Assembly (NCBI GenBank): GCA_963719225.1
Contig: CAVRAY010000001.1
Span: forward strand, 2,272,001 to 2,336,000
Direction of reading: 5' to 3'
Length of the DNA: 64,000 bases
Source of the DNA: Thermoanaerobaculia bacterium
GTDB taxonomy: Bacteria; Acidobacteriota; Thermoanaerobaculia; UBA5066
A model generated the notes under the pieces. That model had not been told where the DNA came from. It worked only from the letters and a program-made list of their open reading frames with translations, and made no database searches. The stretch's first letter is position 1, and each line of letters opens with the position of its first letter. Positions 1 to 9,179 of this stretch are shown here, in pieces. The position numbers and the translations under genes are program-made.

Positions 1-76
1 AGAACACCTTGTCCGGGTTGGTGATGGCCACTTCACGACCGGCGACCTCCAGGACCGTAATGCGCGCCGAGCCCAT
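1..76 (-). CDS. N-terminus of a LigD-type primase-polymerase domain protein (runs off the window edge)
   Basis: Manual translation from ATG at 76 gives MGSARITVLEVAGREVAITNPDKVF, resembling the 'V.G..V.isNPDKv.fP' start of LigD Pol domains. Only 25 codons are visible. Confidence 0.55.
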   Translation of the reverse strand, partial: MGSARITVLEVAGREVAITNPDKVF

Positions 77-97
77 GGAGGTCGCCCTGCCGGATTC

Positions 98-565
98 CTA
101 CTTCTTCCCCGCGGCCCCCGCGATCGTGAGCTTGAACCCGTCGGGGTCGGTCAGGGTGAAGTCGCGTACCCCCCAGGGGTCGTCGTGAGGCTCCTCGTCG
201 AGGGTGCCGCCCTTTGCCTTGATCTTCTTCGCGAGCGCGTCTACGTCCTGCTTCGTCTCGCAGTAGAGGCGGAAGCCCTCGCCCTTCTTCCGGTCGCGGC
301 CCTTCTTCCAGTCGTCCTGCCCGAGCATGAAGCGGACGTCGCCGGCGCGGACCATGACTCCCGCCAGCTTCCCCTCCTGCTCCCAACGCTCCTCGACTCC
401 GAACCCGAGGACGTCCCGGTACCAGGCGAGACTCTTCTGGATGTCGCCGACCGTGAAGGAAGGCGACGTCGAGCTCATGCTCAGGCCTTTCACCGGCGCG
501 GTCTTCGCTTTCCGAGCCGGCTTCTTCCTCGCCGGGGATTTCTTTTTCGAATTCTTGATGGCCAT
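98..565 (-). CDS. VOC/glyoxalase family protein with Lys-rich N-terminal tail
   Basis: SLAWYRDVLGF and PWGVRDFTLTDPDGFKL motifs. ATG at 565 follows a GGAGGG SD. Confidence 0.85.
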   Translation of the reverse strand: MAIKNSKKKSPARKKPARKAKTAPVKGLSMSSTSPSFTVGDIQKSLAWYRDVLGFGVEERWEQEGKLAGVMVRAGDVRFMLGQDDWKKGRDRKKGEGFRLYCETKQDVDALAKKIKAKGGTLDEEPHDDPWGVRDFTLTDPDGFKLTIAGAAGKK

Positions 566-575
566 CTCAACCCTC

Positions 576-1343
576 CTATTCACGGTAGATCGCAAACGCC
601 GCTCCCTGGGGATCCGCGAAGACGGCAAAGCGGCCCATTCCGGGGATGTCCGACGGAGGCACGTGCGTCGTCGCGCCGAGGGAGGCGGCCTTCGCGGCCG
701 CGGCGTCGCAATCCGCCACGGCGAAGTACGGGAGCCAGTGCGGCGGCGCAGGGACTTCGCTCGGCATCGCCATCATCCCGCCGATCGGCGCCTGGCCGAG
801 CAGCCACTCGGTGTATGTCATGCCGCCGTCCGAGCCGGTCTTCGCGCCCCAGCCGAAAAGGGCCTTGTAGAACGTCTCGGCGTTCGCCGTGTCGCTCGTG
901 TTGAGCTGCCCCCAGCAGAACGCACCCGGCTCGTTGTGGATGCCGATGCCCTTGTTTGCCTTCGCCTGCCAGACGCTGATGTGGGCGCCCTGGGGGTCGG
1001 CGAGGACCGCCATGCGGCCGAGGTCCATGACGTCGAACGCCGGCGCCATGACTTTCCCGCCAAGCTCGGCCGTGCGCCGGGCCGACGCGTCGGCGTCCGC
1101 CGTCGCGACGTAGAGCATCCAGTGCGGCGGGACCCCGGGCATCTTCGCGGCATCCAGCGCATAACAGGCGGCGACGTCGCGGCCCTTGAGCGTGAAGGTC
1201 GTGTAGATCATCGGCCCCATGTCGTTGTCCGTGAAGGACCAGCCGAAGAGCTGCGTGTAGAAGTCCTTCGCGGCCTTCTGGTCGGAGGTTCCCAGCTCGA
1301 TCCAGCAGAACGCGCCGGGCGGATGTGACGTGACTTCGGCCAT
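576..1343 (-). CDS. Two-domain VOC family protein (Cfp32/TB27.3-like)
   Basis: Duplicated PGAFCW..L.T.D...A..FY..LFGW and GR.AV.ADPQGA motifs. Confidence 0.9.
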   Translation of the reverse strand: MAEVTSHPPGAFCWIELGTSDQKAAKDFYTQLFGWSFTDNDMGPMIYTTFTLKGRDVAACYALDAAKMPGVPPHWMLYVATADADASARRTAELGGKVMAPAFDVMDLGRMAVLADPQGAHISVWQAKANKGIGIHNEPGAFCWGQLNTSDTANAETFYKALFGWGAKTGSDGGMTYTEWLLGQAPIGGMMAMPSEVPAPPHWLPYFAVADCDAAAAKAASLGATTHVPPSDIPGMGRFAVFADPQGAAFAIYRE

Positions 1344-1430
1344 GGGCGGAGCCTCCTCTTTCAGGGTTCTCGCTCATACGGGAGTCGCCCGCGTCGGATT
1401 TCAGACGTTCGCCGCGAATGACGGAGCGAC

Positions 1431-1466
1431 CTACTTCTCTCCCTACTTTTCTTCCTACTTCTCTTC
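1431..1466. repeat. 3 x 12-bp imperfect tandem repeat overlapping a stop codon
   Basis: CTACTTCTCTCC / CTACTTTTCTTC / CTACTTCTCTTC. Confidence 0.85.
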
Positions 1467-1844
1467 CAGCACGGAAAGGATGTTCCCGGCGGGATCCTTG
1501 AACCACGCGATCGTCGGTCCGCCGTCGCGGTGAATGCCTTTCTCGTCCGTCTTGATGTCGCCTTCATAGTGCTCGAACCGGACTCCCCGGCTCGAAAGCC
1601 CGTCCACGGCCTTCTCGACGTCGTCGACGGGGAAGTTCAGGATGGTAAATGTTGCGGGCATGTGGTTCGGTTTCGGATAAATCATGACCCCGGGACCGCT
1701 CCCGACGTGCAGCTTCAGAAAGCCGTGCTCGTCGGAGACCTCGAGTCCCAACGTCTTTTCGTAGAACTCTTTCGCCTTCCCGATGTCATTTACGGAAAAT
1801 CCGCTGAACGCCTTCTTTTCTTTGAACATCGTCTCTTTGAACAT
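1455..1844 (-). CDS. VOC/glyoxalase family protein
   Basis: [20 protein letters not shown] and [13 protein letters not shown] motifs. AAGGAG SD precedes ATG 1844. Confidence 0.88.
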   Translation of the reverse strand: MFKETMFKEKKAFSGFSVNDIGKAKEFYEKTLGLEVSDEHGFLKLHVGSGPGVMIYPKPNHMPATFTILNFPVDDVEKAVDGLSSRGVRFEHYEGDIKTDEKGIHRDGGPTIAWFKDPAGNILSVLEEK

Positions 1845-1848
1845 CGTC
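1819..1848. repeat. Perfect 2 x 15-bp tandem repeat duplicating the start codon
   Basis: TCTTTGAACATCGTC occurs twice, giving [10 protein letters not shown]. Confidence 0.9.
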
Positions 1849-1909
1849 GCACTCCTTGTGGCTCGGAGGCCGCCCGGACGGATGGGTGCAAGAGCATGGC
1901 CAGACTCGA

Positions 1910-2296
1910 TCAGATGGGCGTGGCCGTCCTCACCGGGACGAGCGCCTTCAGGCGGCTCTCGCGAAGATAAATGCCGAGCCAGACCAGGATTCCGAGCACG
2001 ATCTGCATGATCGCGTTGTCGCCCACCCGCCACGCCGTACAGATCGTGCCCCCGACATATCCGGTCAGAAGGATCGCGCCCAGGACCGACGTGACCGGAA
2101 TCAGATAGATGACGGCGCATGCGATCTCGAGAATTGCGAGCGGAAGGGTCATCGAGTCCGGCAGTCCCAGGTGTGCCATTCCCTTGGCGAGATCGGGACC
2201 GCCCTTCAGTTTCAGGGCGGCGCTGAACAGGAACAGCAGCGACACGAGAACCGTAATCACCCCGCCGACCCTTGACATCCTGCCGCTCGCCGCCAT
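1910..2296 (-). CDS. DoxX family membrane protein
   Basis: Four hydrophobic segments, [19 protein letters not shown]-like motif, GGAGG SD. Confidence 0.85.
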   Translation of the reverse strand: MAASGRMSRVGGVITVLVSLLFLFSAALKLKGGPDLAKGMAHLGLPDSMTLPLAILEIACAVIYLIPVTSVLGAILLTGYVGGTICTAWRVGDNAIMQIVLGILVWLGIYLRESRLKALVPVRTATPI

Positions 2297-2345
2297 CTCG
2301 GCCTCCTTCGAAGTGCGATGCTCTTTTCGGTCGCTCCGTACGCGG

Positions 2346-2765
2346 CTACCGCCTTGCTGCGATCTCCGCGCGCTGGCGCTCCTCCTGCTTCCTGAGCTCG
2401 GGCGTGAGGTTTTCGCCAAAATCCTCGGTCTCGAACACCTGACGAATCTCGATCTCCGTGCCGCCTCCGAAAGGCGCCCTCTTCATCCAGGCGATCGCCT
2501 CTTCCCTCGACTTCACCTGGATCAGCCAGAAGCCGGCGATCAGCTCTTTCGACTCCGTGAAGGGACCGTCGGTCACTGTGGTCTTTCCGCCCGAGAACTT
2601 GATGCGCGCGCCCTTCGACGTCGGGTGCAGACCCTCGCCCGCGAGCATGACTCCCGCCTTCACCATCTCCTCGTTGAACTTCCCCATGTCCTCCAAAATT
2701 TTCTTGTCCGGGAGAGCGCCAGCCTCGGAATTCTTGTCGGCAGGAACTATGACCATGAATCGCAT
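2346..2765 (-). CDS. YciI/DGPF domain protein
   Basis: MRFMVIV start, LAGEGLHPTSKG, TDGPFTESKELIAGFWLI. Confidence 0.92.
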   Translation of the reverse strand: MRFMVIVPADKNSEAGALPDKKILEDMGKFNEEMVKAGVMLAGEGLHPTSKGARIKFSGGKTTVTDGPFTESKELIAGFWLIQVKSREEAIAWMKRAPFGGGTEIEIRQVFETEDFGENLTPELRKQEERQRAEIAARR

Positions 2766-2820
2766 CGTCTTATCTCCTTTTGATCTCGGCCTCGAGGGGG
2801 TTGAACCCCGCCTCCACCAT

Positions 2821-2850
2821 GACGACGAACGAGGCTGGGCTAAATCGACA
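2821..2850 (-). promoter_or_regulatory. ECF42-type promoter (-35 TGTCGA, -10 CGTC) upstream of the DGPF gene
   Basis: Minus strand reads TGTCGATTTAGCCCAGCCTCGTTCGTCGTC. ECF42 sigma factors are known to drive DGPF genes from this motif. Confidence 0.7.
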
Positions 2851-2954
2851 CGTGGAAGTTTTTTCTGAGGCCCGGCACTTGCACGAAGAATGCAAGGGCC
2901 GGGCCCCACGCCTCGATAGTGGTCGAAAATGCTCACCGGCCGGAGGCCGACAGG

Positions 2955-3229
2955 ATGAGTCCCGAGGAAGGGTGTCCGCACATTCGGGGAATAGAGCGCG
3001 TGAAGAAGGCGAAGAAGCGCGAGTGTGAAGAGTGCGTGAAGATCGGAAGCGGTGTGGGTGCACCTCCGGACCTGCCAGACCTGCGGCGGCACGCGATGCT
3101 GCGACTCCTCGCCGAACAAGCACGCGAGCGCCACGCACGGAGCATCCGGGCATCCGGTGGTCAGTTCGGCCGAGACCGGCGAGAGATGGCTCTACTGCTA
3201 TCCCCGATGACGCGACCGCGGAGTACTGA
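2955..3229 (+). pseudogene. UBP-type zinc finger protein, frameshifted
   Basis: Pieces in different frames: CEECVKIG / WVHLRTCQTCG...CCDSSPNKHA / HPVVSSAETGERWLYCYPDD. Confidence 0.75.
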
Positions 3230-4875
3230 TGTCCGCGGCGAGCCCTCCCCCGAGGAGACTTCCCGAAGCTGACCGAAGAACAGCGCGCGCGAATCGCCGC
3301 TCTTCGCGCGGGAGCGGCGGTTCGCCGACGGCGAAGTGCTCTGGGAGCAGGGCGACTGCAACCGCCCGCTCTTCGTCGTCCTCGAGGGCCAGATCACGGT
3401 CCTGTCGGACACGGACCGCTTCGTCACGGCGCACAATCCGGCGGGTTCTAGCGGCGACGTCGACCTGCTTTCGGGCCGCCCCGTGATGGTGAGGGCGCGC
3501 GCGAGGGAGAGACGCGGGTCCTCGAGCTTCCCGCGGAGCGCCTGCGGGCGCTCGTCCAGACCGACCCGGAACTGTCCGAGATCTTCCTGCGCGCCTTCAT
3601 CCTCCGCCGCATCGCGCTCAGGCGCTGGGGCAGGGCAGCATCGTTCTCATCGGCTCGCAGCACTCGGCCGGCACGCTTCTCCTCCAGGAGTTCCTGACGC
3701 GCAACAGCCAGCCCTACACGTACCTCGACGTGGACCGGACCCCGACATGCAGGCGACTCTCGACAGCTTCCACGTCGGCGTGGACGACGTGCCCGTGTTC
3801 ATCTGCCGGGGCGACCGCGTCCTGAAGAAGCCGACCCTCGAGGAGGTGGGCGATTGCCTGGGCTTGAACCGGTTGAAGGAAGGCGCGGTGCAGACGTCGT
3901 GGTGTCGGGGCCGGCCCGGCCGGGCTCGCGGCCGCCGTTTACCGGCGCTTCCGAAGGGCTCGACGTGCTCGTACTCGAAGCAAACGCTCCCGGCGGGCAG
4001 GCTGGCACGAGCTCACGCATCGAAAACTATCTCGGCTTCCCCACGGGGATCTCCGGACAGGAGCTCGCGCAGCCACGCCTTCGTCCAGGCGGAGAAGTTC
4101 GGCGCGGAGTTCGCCGTGACGCGGACGGCGCATGCGGCTCTCGGTGCGAGCAGTCGTCCCTATCGGATCGAGCTCGCGGGGCGGCGTCCGCGTGCGAGGC
4201 GCGCACGGTGGTCATCGCCACCGGTGTCCAGTACCGGAAGCCCGACTGCCCGAACCTCGCGCGCTTCGAAGGGGCTCGGGCATCTATTACGCGGCGACCC
4301 CGATCGAGGCGAAGTTCGTGCGAGGGCGGAGACGTGATCGTCGTCGGGGGAGGGAACTCCGCGGGCCAGGCGGCGGTTTTCCTTTCGGCAAAGTGCGCCG
4401 GGTGCACATGCTCGTTCGGGGCGGGGGCCTCGCCGAGAGCATGTCGCGCTACTTATCCGCCGCATCGAGGAGACGCCGAACATCGAGCTTCTCACACGCA
4501 CCGAGATCGAGGCCCTCGAGGGCGAACGGCCACCTCGAGCGTGTGACGTGGGGCGACGCCGCCGGCTCGCGACCACGACCGCCGACGTGCGGCACGTCTT
4601 TCTGATGACCGGCGCCGACCCGAACACGGCCTGGCTCCGGGGCTGCGTCGCGCTCGACGAGAAGGGCTTCGTGAAAACCGGGCAGGACCTCACGCCCGGC
4701 GACCTCGCCGCCGCGAAATGGCCCGTCGCCCGCCCGCCGCTCCTATTCGAGACGAACCAGCCGGGTGTCTTCGCCGTCGGCGACGTGCGCGCCAACGAGC
4801 GTCAAGCGCGTCGCCGCGGCCGTGGGCGAAGGCTCCGTCTGCGTCCAGCTCGTCCACAGCGTCCTCGCGGAGTAG
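3229..4875 (+). pseudogene. cNMP-binding domain + thioredoxin reductase-like FAD oxidoreductase, multiply frameshifted
   Basis: LFVVLEG (cNMP), PGGQAGTSSRIENYLGFPTGISG, VVGGGNSAGQAA and FETNQPGVFAVGDVR are spread across all three frames. Confidence 0.8.
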
Positions 4876-4891
4876 GAAGAGGAGTCTTGCA

Positions 4892-5593
4892 ATGACATTC
4901 TCGGACAAGGTGGCCCTGGTGGCGGGCGGGACGGGAGGGCTGGGGCGCGAGGTGAGCCTCGCGTTCCTGGAGGAAGGCGCCACGGTCGGCGTCACTTACC
5001 GCAAGCAGGAAGAGTTCGCCGACCTGAAGGCCGCGGCGGGCGCGGATGGTGCCCGGCTCGAGGGACACGAAGTTGACGTCACGAACGAGGAAGCGGTCCG
5101 GGGGCTCGTCGACTCGATTCGGGGCCGCCACGGGCGGATCGACGTCCTCGTGAATGCGGTCGGCGCCTACGCGGGCGGGATGCCGCTCTGGGAGCAGGAC
5201 CCGGCGACTCTCGACCGGATGCTGAACGCGAACCTTCGCTCGGGCTGGGCGCTCCTCCGCGCGGCGGTCCCTGTGATGCTCTCGCAGGGGAGCGGCGCGA
5301 TCGTGAACGTGGCCTCCACGGCCGCGCTCGAACACGGGGCCGGAAACTCGGCCTATGCCGCCTCGAAGGCGGCGACCGTGGCCCTCGTGGATTCGCTGGC
5401 CGCAGATCTGAAGGGCACCACGGTGAGGGTGAATTCGATTCTCCCCAGCATCATCGACACGGAGGCGAACCGGAAGGCGATGCCGAAGGCCGACTTCTCG
5501 AAGTGGCCGAAACCCGAGGAGATCGCCCGCGTCGTCCTCTTCCTCGCCAGCGACGACGCGAAGCTCGTTCGCGGCGCGGCCATTCGCGTGTGA
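4892..5593 (+). CDS. Short-chain dehydrogenase/reductase (SDR)
   Basis: GGTGGLG Rossmann motif, YAASK catalytic motif, RVNSILPSIIDT. GAGGAG SD. Confidence 0.92.
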   Translation: MTFSDKVALVAGGTGGLGREVSLAFLEEGATVGVTYRKQEEFADLKAAAGADGARLEGHEVDVTNEEAVRGLVDSIRGRHGRIDVLVNAVGAYAGGMPLWEQDPATLDRMLNANLRSGWALLRAAVPVMLSQGSGAIVNVASTAALEHGAGNSAYAASKAATVALVDSLAADLKGTTVRVNSILPSIIDTEANRKAMPKADFSKWPKPEEIARVVLFLASDDAKLVRGAAIRV

Positions 5594-5818
5594 GACCGCT
5601 CGCTCTCCCCGACGTGAAAGACGACGCCATGCTTCTCCTGGAGGCTCTTCACGAGCTTCCCGACCTCCCGCCCGAGCACCTTCTCGAACGGAGGCTCCGG
5701 CGCGACGACGTCCACCGCCACGCCACGCTCCCGCAGTGAGGCCGCCGCCTCGAGCATCCTCGGCCAGAACGCCCGCCGTGAGGTCCGGACCCCGGAGCTC
5801 GCCTTCCGCGTTCGCCAT
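5590..5818 (-). pseudogene. Internally deleted remnant of a Rieske/FAD-dependent (ferredoxin reductase-like) oxidoreductase
   Basis: N-terminal MANAEGELRGPDLTAGV is joined out of frame to internal LEAAASLRERGVAVDVVAPE...VLGREVG...HGVVFH. Confidence 0.6.
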
Positions 5819-5833
5819 TCCGATTGCCTTCTA

Positions 5834-8371
5834 TCACGGGGCCTTGGGCGGCCGCGAGATCGTGTAAAGAGCGGCGAGACGCTCGGCGGTCGATTTGGCT
5901 TCGCGGCCCTCCAGGCCCGGGCCATCCTTCAAGGTCCCCCTCGCTTCGAGCAGAAAACGCTCGGCTTCGTCGTAGCGCCCCATCGCCGTGAAGGCTTCAC
6001 CTAGCAAGCTCTTCGCGATCGCGACGCGCCAGTCGCCTTCCCCGAAGGCATGTCGGCGGATCCGCAGCGCCTCCAGGAGCAACGGCTCGGCCTCTGCCGC
6101 CTTCTTTCGCATCAGGTATGAGCGAGCGAGGTTGACCTCGTAGGTGGCGACTTGCGGATGATCGTTGCCCAAGGCCGGCACGGCGATTTGCAGCGCCTCT
6201 TGGAGCGCGGAAACCGCTTCGTCGTACTTCCCCTGCTCTCGCAAAGGATAGGAGAGATTGTTGAGCTTGTTGGCGACGCTGGGGTGTTTGTCCCCCAGGG
6301 TCTTGCGGCTGATTGCCAGGGACTGACGAAACAGCGATTCGGCATCGGCAAAGTCATGTCTATCGGCAACGACCAGGGCCAGGTTGTTCAGTGTCGAGGA
6401 GACGTCAGGATGCTCATCGACTCGCGTCTTCCGAAAGATCGCCAGACACTGGCGGAAGAGCTCCTCGGCCCCCGAGAGCTCGCCCTTATGCCACAGGAGC
6501 AGGGCGAGCTCGTTCATGCTCGCGGCGGTATCGTGGTCCTGATTGCCGAGCGCCTTCTTCCGGATCGCTAGCGATTCTCGAAAGAGCGGCTCGGCGCGAT
6601 GATCGTTCCCCTGAGCGCTGTAGACACGGCCGAGCTCGACTAAGGTCTCCGCGACGTCCTCCTCGCGGCCCAAGGCTCTGCGCCGCATGGCGACGGCCTG
6701 CTCCAGCATCGGTGCGGCGGCGGCATAGTCGCCCTTCTCTCGCAACAGCACTCCGAGGTCGTTCAGACTCTCGGCGACCTGTTCGTGCTCCGGCCCGAAA
6801 ACGCGGCGTCGCGAGGACAGGGCCTCCTCCAGGAGCGGCCGCGCCTTGTCGTACTCGCCGAGGCGCTGGTACGTGCGGCCCATCACGGACAGCATCTCGG
6901 CTTTCACCTCCGGCTCGCCCGCTAGCTCTTTCCTGACGCGCGCCGCTCCCGCGTCGAGGAGGCCCCGGACGGTGACCTCCTGCGCATCTTTGCGGGACGC
7001 GTAGGGATCGGCTCCCGTCAGCAGTCCCGTCAACAGCTCGCTGACCTTTGCGGCTTTCTGTGCCTCCAGGCGAGCACGGTCCCGTTCCCTGGCCAGCCGC
7101 ACGGTGTAGAAGCCGACCAGGGCCGTCAGCAGCAGGACCACGGCCGCCGCCGACGCCACGCCACTCCGGTGTCGGCGGGCGAACTTCCTTGCTCGATAAG
7201 CGAGCGTGTCGGACCTGGCCCTGATCGGTTCGTCGGCAAGATACCGACGCACGTCGTCTGCAAGGGCGGTGACCGACGCGTAGCGCTCGGCGGGGTTCTT
7301 CTTCAGCGCCTTGGCGACGATCGTGTCGAGGTCCCCATGGAGGTCGCGGCGCAATCCCTCCGGTGTCGCGTTGCGCAGGGCGGCGTTCCGTTCGAGCGCC
7401 TCCGCCGTCTGACCCTTCGCCACGACGACTACGTCGGAAAGCCTCGGAGGCTCCGCGTCCACGATGGCGCGGACCAGTTCGGCAGGCGAGGAGAGCGCGA
7501 CCTCGGCCGGATGCCGGCCGCCCAGCAGCAGATAGAGCAGCACGCCCAAGGAATAGATGTCGGTCGCGGTCGTGATCGCGCCGCCGGTCACCTGCTCGGG
7601 CGCGGCGTACTCGGGGGTCAGCGCCCGTCCCCCCTCTCGCGTGAGCGCCGTGGCCGCTCCCGCGCCCCCCTCCTCTTCGAGCAGCTTCGCGATGCCGAAG
7701 TCGAGCAGCTTCACTTGCCCGCTCGTCGCCACGAGCACGTTCGACGGCTTGATGTCCCGGTGCACGATCAGGTTCGCGTGCGCATGCGCCACGGCGGCGA
7801 GCACCTCCAGGAAGAGGCGCAACCTTCCGTCGACGTCCAACGCCTTGCCGTCGCAGTAGCGATCGATCTGCTCGCCTTCGACGTACTCGAGCACGAGATA
7901 GGGCTGTCCAATGGAGGACACGCCCGCGTCGATCAGCCGCGCGATGTTCGGGTGCGTGAGGCGCGCCAAAAAGGTTCCCTCACGTTCGAAACGCGCTTCG
8001 CCCGCGCGGCCGACGAGGCTCACGTTCAGGAGCTTCACCGCCGCCTGGCCCTCGAAGCGGCCGTCGCTCCGCCGGGCAAGCCAGACGCTGCCCATGCCTC
8101 CCTGGCCGATGGGCGAGATCAGCGTGTAGGCGCCGATCGTCTGGCCCGCCAGGGATGCCGACGCGGGAGGCTTCAGGGCATCGTCTTCGAGGAAGCCTTC
8201 CCGGCTGAGAGTGCGTCGTTCCTCGAGAAGAGCCTCCACCTCGGAGGCCAGGTCCGGATCCTCCGCGCGCAGAGACTCCAGCCAGGCCTCCCGCTCGCCA
8301 TCCGCAATCTCCAGCGCGCGGTCCAGGTAGGGACTCACGATCCGCCAGCGATCCCTGCTCTCCGAGGACAC
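5834..8371 (-). CDS. Ser/Thr protein kinase with TM helix and C-terminal TPR repeats (ECF-associated type)
   Basis: GQGGMGSV, AVK, HRDIKPSN, DFG, TPEYAAPEQ, a TM segment and repeated LNNLA/HP.VA TPRs. Start codon uncertain. Confidence 0.92.
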   Translation of the reverse strand: MSSESRDRWRIVSPYLDRALEIADGEREAWLESLRAEDPDLASEVEALLEERRTLSREGFLEDDALKPPASASLAGQTIGAYTLISPIGQGGMGSVWLARRSDGRFEGQAAVKLLNVSLVGRAGEARFEREGTFLARLTHPNIARLIDAGVSSIGQPYLVLEYVEGEQIDRYCDGKALDVDGRLRLFLEVLAAVAHAHANLIVHRDIKPSNVLVATSGQVKLLDFGIAKLLEEEGGAGAATALTREGGRALTPEYAAPEQVTGGAITTATDIYSLGVLLYLLLGGRHPAEVALSSPAELVRAIVDAEPPRLSDVVVVAKGQTAEALERNAALRNATPEGLRRDLHGDLDTIVAKALKKNPAERYASVTALADDVRRYLADEPIRARSDTLAYRARKFARRHRSGVASAAAVVLLLTALVGFYTVRLARERDRARLEAQKAAKVSELLTGLLTGADPYASRKDAQEVTVRGLLDAGAARVRKELAGEPEVKAEMLSVMGRTYQRLGEYDKARPLLEEALSSRRRVFGPEHEQVAESLNDLGVLLREKGDYAAAAPMLEQAVAMRRRALGREEDVAETLVELGRVYSAQGNDHRAEPLFRESLAIRKKALGNQDHDTAASMNELALLLWHKGELSGAEELFRQCLAIFRKTRVDEHPDVSSTLNNLALVVADRHDFADAESLFRQSLAISRKTLGDKHPSVANKLNNLSYPLREQGKYDEAVSALQEALQIAVPALGNDHPQVATYEVNLARSYLMRKKAAEAEPLLLEALRIRRHAFGEGDWRVAIAKSLLGEAFTAMGRYDEAERFLLEARGTLKDGPGLEGREAKSTAERLAALYTISRPPKAP

Positions 8372-8387
8372 GGCTACGCTCCCGAGC

Positions 8388-8954
8388 TCACGCGGGGGCC
8401 ACCTGCTGGATCTCGCGGTGAAGATAGATGCGCGCCTTCTCCCAGCGGCGCTGCACGGTCCGTTCCGACAAGCCGCGCATCGCGGCGATCTCCGCAAACG
8501 AGAAGCCGCAGAAGAATTTCAGATCGACGACCTCGGCGAGTGACGCGTCGACGGAGGCCAGGCCGTCGAGCGCCGTGCTGATCCGGACCAGTTCGCTTTC
8601 ATCCGCGACGGCTTCGGCAACCGCGTCACCAACCGACGTGATCTCGAAGCCGCCGCCGCGTTTTTGCGCCTGCCGGCTGCGGGAGTAGTCGATGATGAGG
8701 CCGCGCATCACCTTCGCGGCATAGGCCATGAAGCGACCTTCGTCCGGGAAGCTCGCAGCTTCGCGTCCCGCGATGTTGAGGTATGCCTCGTGGAGCAGCG
8801 TCGTCGGGCTCAGCGTGACGGAAGGTCCTCTTCGCGCCAACTGATTCTTCGCGAGCCGGTGCAGCTCCGAGTAGAGCGAGGCGAAGAGCGCGTCCGCCGC
8901 GGATCGGTCGCCGGACTCGGTCGAGAGGATGAGCGAAGAGATGGTGTGCTTCAT
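8388..8954 (-). CDS. ECF-type sigma factor (TIGR02999-like, kinase-associated group)
   Basis: LY.ELHRLA, TL.PT.L.HEAYL, IDY.R...AQKRGGG, VVDLKFF.G.S..EIA, SERTVQRRW. Confidence 0.92.
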   Translation of the reverse strand: MKHTISSLILSTESGDRSAADALFASLYSELHRLAKNQLARRGPSVTLSPTTLLHEAYLNIAGREAASFPDEGRFMAYAAKVMRGLIIDYSRSRQAQKRGGGFEITSVGDAVAEAVADESELVRISTALDGLASVDASLAEVVDLKFFCGFSFAEIAAMRGLSERTVQRRWEKARIYLHREIQQVAPA

Positions 8955-9042
8955 CGGTTCTCATCCAGAACCAAGAACGTTCCGATGCTACTCCGCACCG
9001 AACGCAGGTGACAGAAATTACGGTCGGAGCGGTGCTCAGATT

Positions 9043-9110
9043 CCTTGTCGTCTTTTCCCTTCCGATTTCGATGGTCCAGCCCTTGTCGTCCTTCCCCTTC
9101 GAATTCCGAT
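9043..9110 (+). repeat. 30-bp imperfect direct repeat, candidate tandem ECF promoter
   Basis: 9043-9072 CCTTGTCGTCTTTTCCCTTCCGATTTCGAT vs 9081-9110 CCTTGTCGTCCTTCCCCTTCGAATTCCGAT (25/30 identical). Confidence 0.7.
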
Positions 9111-9179
9111 TCTCTGAGTGAGCGGCGACCATCCGCCCCCCGCGGATGGCGTCCCGGAATCGGCGAGAGGGAGGAAGCA

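Noticed and set aside
534-556. GGGGATTTCTTTTTCGAATTCTT resembling box I in the first VOC gene
   Set aside because: Single gapped match in an AT-rich, Lys-coding 5' end with no partner box. It could be chance.
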